Shown in pieces: positions 59,319 through 64,000 of a DNA stretch of 64,000 bases. The first letter of the stretch is position 1. Every line of letters begins with the position of its first letter. The stretch is from assembly GCA_965200875.1 (NCBI GenBank), contig OZ241456.1:1767460-1831459 (forward strand), in the 5' to 3' direction. The notes below the pieces were generated by a model that saw only the letters and a list, made by a program, of their open reading frames with translations, was not told the DNA's origin and did not search any database. Both the position numbers and the translations under genes were made by a program. The DNA comes from Bdellovibrionales bacterium. Its GTDB lineage: Bacteria; Bdellovibrionota; Bdellovibrionia; Bdellovibrionales; UBA1609.

Positions 59319-59454
59319 TGCTATTCTTTCATTTTTAGGATGCAGGTATACCTTCAGGAGATTCAAGTACTGGAAAAAGCAAATTTAAAAATGTGACAAA
59401 TCGTGTTTTTTGCTGAAAAATAAAAATCAATTTTGACCGGGAGGTGAATTTTAA

Positions 59455-59919
59455 ATGTTCTCCAAATCTTTTCCCCGTAAAAAGCGACGCACTCGTTCTC
59501 TGTTAAAAAGACTTGCAGGATACTATAAATTACCTCCTGCTAACATTAAGGTTTTGGAAATAAAGTCTCTTGTACTACCTGTACATATCGGACGAACAAG
59601 AGAAGAACGTTTAAACACTCAGGATGTCTCTTTTAATATTTTTCTTGTTCTTCCTGCCAGACTAAAAGGTGAAAAAACTGATGAATTCAAAGATTCTGTT
59701 TGCTATTTCAAAATATGCGAGCGAATCAGGCAGTTAAGCTCCCAAAACAAGTTTTTTCTGATTGAAAAACTGGCTTTTGAAGTTTTTACCGATTTAAAAA
59801 CCGAATTGCCTTTTTTTACCAAAATTCAAGTAAGTGTTCACAAACTAAATCCCCCCGTTCCCAACTTGAAAGGTGGTGTTTCATACACTTATGGAGATAA
59901 TATGACGGGAATAAAGTAA
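59455..59919 (+). CDS. folB: Dihydroneopterin aldolase
   Basis: HIGRTREER..QDV, SVCY, LIEKLA, VHKLNPP; basic N-terminal extension. Confidence 0.85.
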   Translation: MFSKSFPRKKRRTRSLLKRLAGYYKLPPANIKVLEIKSLVLPVHIGRTREERLNTQDVSFNIFLVLPARLKGEKTDEFKDSVCYFKICERIRQLSSQNKFFLIEKLAFEVFTDLKTELPFFTKIQVSVHKLNPPVPNLKGGVSYTYGDNMTGIK

Positions 59920-60096
59920 GTGCGTACCTTTCTTTTCTTTACCAGATATAATTTGACTAATTAATAGTTTTAAACGACACTACTTATAGCTTTTGAAAAA
60001 GCAGGTGTTGCGAAGTATGTCATTTCCACCATAAAAAAGAAAAAAATACAAAGCTGGAAATTTTTAAACCACAATCTAAAAAAAAAGGAGAATCAA

Positions 60097-62025
60097 ATGA
60101 AAAAGCTAGAATGTTTTATATTGTTTTTATTTTGGGGGTTATCCTCTCTAACTTTTGTCAGTCATGCAGAATCCAATGAATCTGTAACAGAAAAATCACC
60201 AGAAACAAAAAAGTTGGTCATTAAATCTTTAAATGAAACTCCGGCAGATGCAAGTCGCCACATTGCTGTCACTATTATTACAAAAGAAGATATCTCAAAG
60301 TGTGTCGGTTGTGATTTCACCGATGTTTTGGAAAGAGCCGGTGTGCAGGTTCGCCGTTTTCATTCTCAGTTCCACCAGTCCTCTGACACAGACAAAGCTT
60401 ATGTTTCCCTTAGGGGTATGTCCGACGCCCAAATTGCCTTGGAGGTAGATGGCGTTAGGCAACAAGACAATATGATAGGTGAAGCTCTATGGACTTTTAT
60501 TCCCCTTAACCATATTGCACGCATTGAAGTAGTCCGTGGACCTCAGTCAGCTTATGTAGGGGACTCTGCTATGGGTGGGGTGATTCGGATTTTCACAAAA
60601 AAAGCGGACTGTCCACCAGAAGAGTTTTGCGCACTGGCTCAAGCAGATATTTCCAATAAATCCACCACGGGAAATACAGCGTATGTAAGCGCGAACACTC
60701 GTACCGGGCAGTCTGGTGTTCGTTTGGGAGCACAGCTGGATAAAAGCTCTGATCCAGAAAAAACAGACGATTATAAAGAGCAGGCGTTTACTTTTAACTT
60801 TGATCACAGATCCACAAATGACAAGTGGTTGATAGAAGGCAGTTCTGTTTTTTATAACAGCCGTAATGAAGGAGAACCTGCTCCTTTTGTGGAAAAAGGA
60901 GATTCAAAGCTGGCAAGCCTTGGAACCACTTATTACATATCCCCTGATTTGCTTTTTAAAAACCTTCTAGGATATAACGAAGAACAACAATTTTATAACG
61001 ATGACCTCACAAAATACACCAGTGGGAGGCTTTCCATAAAACTTTTTGGAGAATATCACTTTCAGCTGGAAAGAGTGGGGAATTACATTTTAACGACTGG
61101 CCTAGAGAAAAAAAGAGAAAGAATCGATTCTGATCCTGATAATGTGTATGATCATAAAAAAAGAGATACAAGAGCTTTATTTGCCAATGTAAGAGGAGAA
61201 AATGGACCTTTGGTTTATCAAGTGGCTTTGCGGGCTGATGATCTGTCCGGGGACACAAAGAATAAAGTTTTTACATGGGATGGAGATGCCTCCTATTATA
61301 TCGCTCGGCTGGAATCCCACGATGTTTTTTTAACAGGGGGAGCGGGCACGGGTTTTCGAGCACCTGGATTTGACGAACAATACCTCAATAGTTTTTCTGA
61401 ATCTGATGAAGAGGAAGTATGGGGTTCTTTAACTGAGGCAAATCCTGATTTGACTTTGGAAAAGTCTGCCACTTATGAGATAGGAGTGCGAATAGAAAAA
61501 GCAAAACACTACTTTCTGGATATAACAGGTTTTGAAACAAATCTGAAAAACGCTGTCTTTTTTGGAGAACAAGAAGAAGCACTCACTGATGAAGATCATC
61601 TTATTTATATAACACCCTTAAAACAAGGCAAGGACACCAAAATACAGGGTGTGGAGTTTCAGGCCAGATGGGCACTGAATCCCTGGACCGGACGCATCGG
61701 ATACACTTACACAAAACCTGCGGATGGTGTGGAAAACTTCAGAGGGATGAATCCTGTCAAGCACTTAGGATTTATAGGGATGGATTATACTCTAAACCCC
61801 AACACCTCCTTTGGTGCAGAAATGTTACACAGAGGGGAAAGGGCTGATCAATCCGTGTCTGGAGATAAAGTGAATTTATTCGGTGTGTATGCCAGTTATA
61901 ATTTGTATGAGAATGCCAATATCAAACTGGCTGTGGAAAATCTGACAAATGAAAAATATGACCTGTATAATTTCACGACAGGACAAGGACGTACCTTATG
62001 GTTCAATGTCACACTGAAATATTAA
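60097..62025 (+). CDS. TonB-dependent outer-membrane receptor (BtuB-like architecture)
   Basis: Signal peptide; plug motifs VSLRG, VDGV, IARIEVVRGPQSAYVGDSAMGGVIRIFT; GFRAP, NPDL..E, ENLTNEKY, GRT; C-terminal Y. Confidence 0.92.
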   Translation: MKKLECFILFLFWGLSSLTFVSHAESNESVTEKSPETKKLVIKSLNETPADASRHIAVTIITKEDISKCVGCDFTDVLERAGVQVRRFHSQFHQSSDTDKAYVSLRGMSDAQIALEVDGVRQQDNMIGEALWTFIPLNHIARIEVVRGPQSAYVGDSAMGGVIRIFTKKADCPPEEFCALAQADISNKSTTGNTAYVSANTRTGQSGVRLGAQLDKSSDPEKTDDYKEQAFTFNFDHRSTNDKWLIEGSSVFYNSRNEGEPAPFVEKGDSKLASLGTTYYISPDLLFKNLLGYNEEQQFYNDDLTKYTSGRLSIKLFGEYHFQLERVGNYILTTGLEKKRERIDSDPDNVYDHKKRDTRALFANVRGENGPLVYQVALRADDLSGDTKNKVFTWDGDASYYIARLESHDVFLTGGAGTGFRAPGFDEQYLNSFSESDEEEVWGSLTEANPDLTLEKSATYEIGVRIEKAKHYFLDITGFETNLKNAVFFGEQEEALTDEDHLIYITPLKQGKDTKIQGVEFQARWALNPWTGRIGYTYTKPADGVENFRGMNPVKHLGFIGMDYTLNPNTSFGAEMLHRGERADQSVSGDKVNLFGVYASYNLYENANIKLAVENLTNEKYDLYNFTTGQGRTLWFNVTLKY

Positions 62026-62046
62026 ACCTTTTTAACAAAGCACAAA

Positions 62047-63294
62047 GTGACAACTTATATCGGCCTAGGATCCAATGTTGGAAATCGTCTGCAAAACCTA
62101 GAGCAGGCTGTAAAAGAAATGGCAAACGCGGGCCTTTCCATTTTAAAAGTCTCACCGGTTTATGAAAATCCTGCTCTTCTTCCACCAAAAGTGCCAGAAG
62201 AATGGAATCATCTTTTTTTAAATGCCACAGCGCAGATCCAATGCGATAAAAAAACTCCGGAACAATTATTATCTGTTTTAAAAACTATTGAAAAAAAACT
62301 TGGGCGCGGAAAAAATCCAAAGTGGGCCCCTAGAACGATTGACTTAGACATTTTACTATTTGACAAAAAAATCATTAATACTCCTCAGTTAAAAGTGCCA
62401 CATCCTGAATTAAAAAAAAGAAACTTCGTAATAACCCCTTTAAAAGAAATGCAAGCAAGCAAAGCCAAAGCCCTTGAGCTTTTTCGAAGTCTGAAAACAA
62501 AACTTCCAACATGGATGTATATTGTCAATATCACTCCTGATTCCTTTTCCGATGGAGGCCAGATAAACTTAAGCAGTTTTGAATCTATTTTAAAGCAAGT
62601 GTCGGAGCAATATATCCATATAGTGGATTTAGGAGCAGAGTCCACTCGTCCAGGTGCTATTCCTGTTTCTCCGGCGGAAGAGTGGCAAAGACTTCTGCCT
62701 TACATTGAAAAGTTTAAGGATTTTTACGAAAACAAAATTTTTCGCCCTAAATTAAGTATAGATACAAGGCATGCTAAAACTGCAAAAAAAGCCCTTGATA
62801 AAGGAGTAGTGGATATTATTAACGATGTCAGCGGGCTTACCAAAGAAATGTTGGAGCTACTTAAAAAACAAGAAGTGGAGTATGTTCTCACGCATAGTGT
62901 AACTCTGCCGGCAAACAGGAAAAAAACCCTGCCTTTAGATAAAGACCCTTTGGAGGAGATAAAAAAATGGTTGGATAAAAAAATAAATATTCTGGAAAGT
63001 CATAACATTTCCTTGGATCGCGTGATTTTTGATCCCGGCATTGGTTTTGGAAAAACAGCGGGTCAGTCCTTGGAAATTTTAAAGAGAATTAAAGAGTTTC
63101 ACTGTTTTCCTTTGAGAATTATGGTGGGGCATTCTAGAAAATCCTTTATGAAAAGTTTTTCTCCTGATAACCCAGGAAAAAGAGATGCGGAAAGTGCGGG
63201 TATATCTCTTTCTTTAATGGAAAAAGGAGTGGATATTTTGCGTGTGCATAGAGCTGACTTTCACGCACGCGTGGCACGCGGATTTTTGAGCTAG
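62047..63294 (+). CDS. folKP: Bifunctional HPPK / dihydropteroate synthase (FolK-FolP fusion)
   Basis: YIGLGSN, FLN, WAPRTIDLDIL, PH (FolK); NITPDSFSDGG, GAESTRPG, SIDT, NDVSG, DPGIGFGK, GHSRKS, RVH (FolP). Confidence 0.95.
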   Translation: MTTYIGLGSNVGNRLQNLEQAVKEMANAGLSILKVSPVYENPALLPPKVPEEWNHLFLNATAQIQCDKKTPEQLLSVLKTIEKKLGRGKNPKWAPRTIDLDILLFDKKIINTPQLKVPHPELKKRNFVITPLKEMQASKAKALELFRSLKTKLPTWMYIVNITPDSFSDGGQINLSSFESILKQVSEQYIHIVDLGAESTRPGAIPVSPAEEWQRLLPYIEKFKDFYENKIFRPKLSIDTRHAKTAKKALDKGVVDIINDVSGLTKEMLELLKKQEVEYVLTHSVTLPANRKKTLPLDKDPLEEIKKWLDKKINILESHNISLDRVIFDPGIGFGKTAGQSLEILKRIKEFHCFPLRIMVGHSRKSFMKSFSPDNPGKRDAESAGISLSLMEKGVDILRVHRADFHARVARGFLS

Positions 63295-63373
63295 CGGATC
63301 CCCTTATAACTGATGTTCCCGGCCTGTGATGATTACCAAAAAAGGATACTTAAAAAATTAAAAGGAGATATTT

Positions 63374-64000
63374 ATGCAAATTGAAGCTATTCACACAGAA
63401 GTTTTTTCTCAAGGTATGGAGCTTACAAATTTTATTCTGAAACACGCCAGAGACAAAATAAAAGAAAACTCTGTATTAGCTGTTACCTCTAAAATTGTCA
63501 GTGTAGCGGAAGGTCGCGTTGTCCAAAAAGAAAAAATCAGCAAAGAAGACTTGATTAAAAAAGAATGCGAACATTACTTGGGAAAAATTGGATACGGTTG
63601 TCATTTGACCATACATCACGGATTGTTAGTTCCTTCTGCGGGTATTGATGAATCCAACTCCTTTAACCATGAGTATATTTTGTACCCAAAAGATCCTTTT
63701 TTATCTGCAAAAAAAATAAGGACTGCTCTTAAACAAAAACTTTCTTTAAAAAATTTTGCAGTCATAATAACGGACTCACGCACATTCCCTTTAAGAAAAG
63801 GAGTAACAGGGGTGGCCCTAGCCTATAGTGGTTTAAAAGCCGTTAAAAGCCTGATAGGAAAAAAAGATCTATTTGGTCGCCCTTTGCGAATGACTACCAT
63901 AAACATAATAGATGCTTTAGCCAGTGCTGTGGTTTTACTAATGGGAGAGGGGGCTGAACAATGTCCTTTGGCTTTGATAAAAAAAGCTCCTTTGGAATTT
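63374..64000 (+). CDS. CofE/CT611-like gamma-glutamyl ligase (alternative folylpolyglutamate synthase), runs off the window; not in the ORF track
   Basis: AGGAG RBS, ATG 63374: MQIEAIHTE...VLAVTSKIVSVAEGR...PSAGIDESNS...VIITDSRTFPLRKGVTGVALAYSG...DLFGRPL...DALA...MGEGAE. Confidence 0.85.
   Translation, partial: MQIEAIHTEVFSQGMELTNFILKHARDKIKENSVLAVTSKIVSVAEGRVVQKEKISKEDLIKKECEHYLGKIGYGCHLTIHHGLLVPSAGIDESNSFNHEYILYPKDPFLSAKKIRTALKQKLSLKNFAVIITDSRTFPLRKGVTGVALAYSGLKAVKSLIGKKDLFGRPLRMTTINIIDALASAVVLLMGEGAEQCPLALIKKAPLEF

Noticed and set aside
59940..60096. Cobalamin or folate riboswitch before the TonB-dependent receptor
   Set aside because: Only short stems (GCTTTT/AAAAGC, TACTT/AAGTA); no B12-box or THF consensus recognised. 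An Rfam scan would settle it
2665..62645. Many 60-140 aa ORFs overlapping long genes in other frames or strands
   Set aside because: Nested in well-supported genes, no motifs or RBS; treated as spurious
1..64000. tRNA, rRNA, CRISPR array, integrase
   Set aside because: None recognised by eye; tRNAscan/Infernal not run

Overview
AT-rich bacterial chromosome segment. Gene content (REC-DnaJ-TPR protein, tandem DUF507 pair, RxPAS-motif protein, AceE-type PDH) suggests Bdellovibrionota; this is an inference. Housekeeping blocks (mrcB-ileS-lspA; rRNA pseudouridine synthase, smpB-rsmA-tsaD, cpoB-pal, xth, peptide ABC transporter, leuS, aceE) flank an ~18.5 kb accessory/defence region (12.5-31 kb). 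That region holds: an Xre/RES toxin-antitoxin cassette bounded by 20-bp direct repeats; a membrane-protein gene split by an IS3-family (IS2-group) element; an unusual restriction-modification-like cluster (two partial-looking MTases, GIY-YIG-RAMA, zeta toxin, GIY-YIG-SF2 helicase, Dam-like MTase, PIN-like protein); an intact IS110/IS1111-type element with a probable bridge/seek-RNA end; and a 3.3-kb integrated-element remnant bounded by perfect 24-bp att-like repeats. The right end carries a Chlamydia-type folate cluster (CADD, folB, folK-folP, CofE-like ligase). It is interrupted by a TonB-dependent receptor and by a NYN-nuclease gene with its own promoter and a structured, U-tailed leader RNA (candidate RNA-antitoxin system). 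All calls come from reading motifs by eye; no searches were run.
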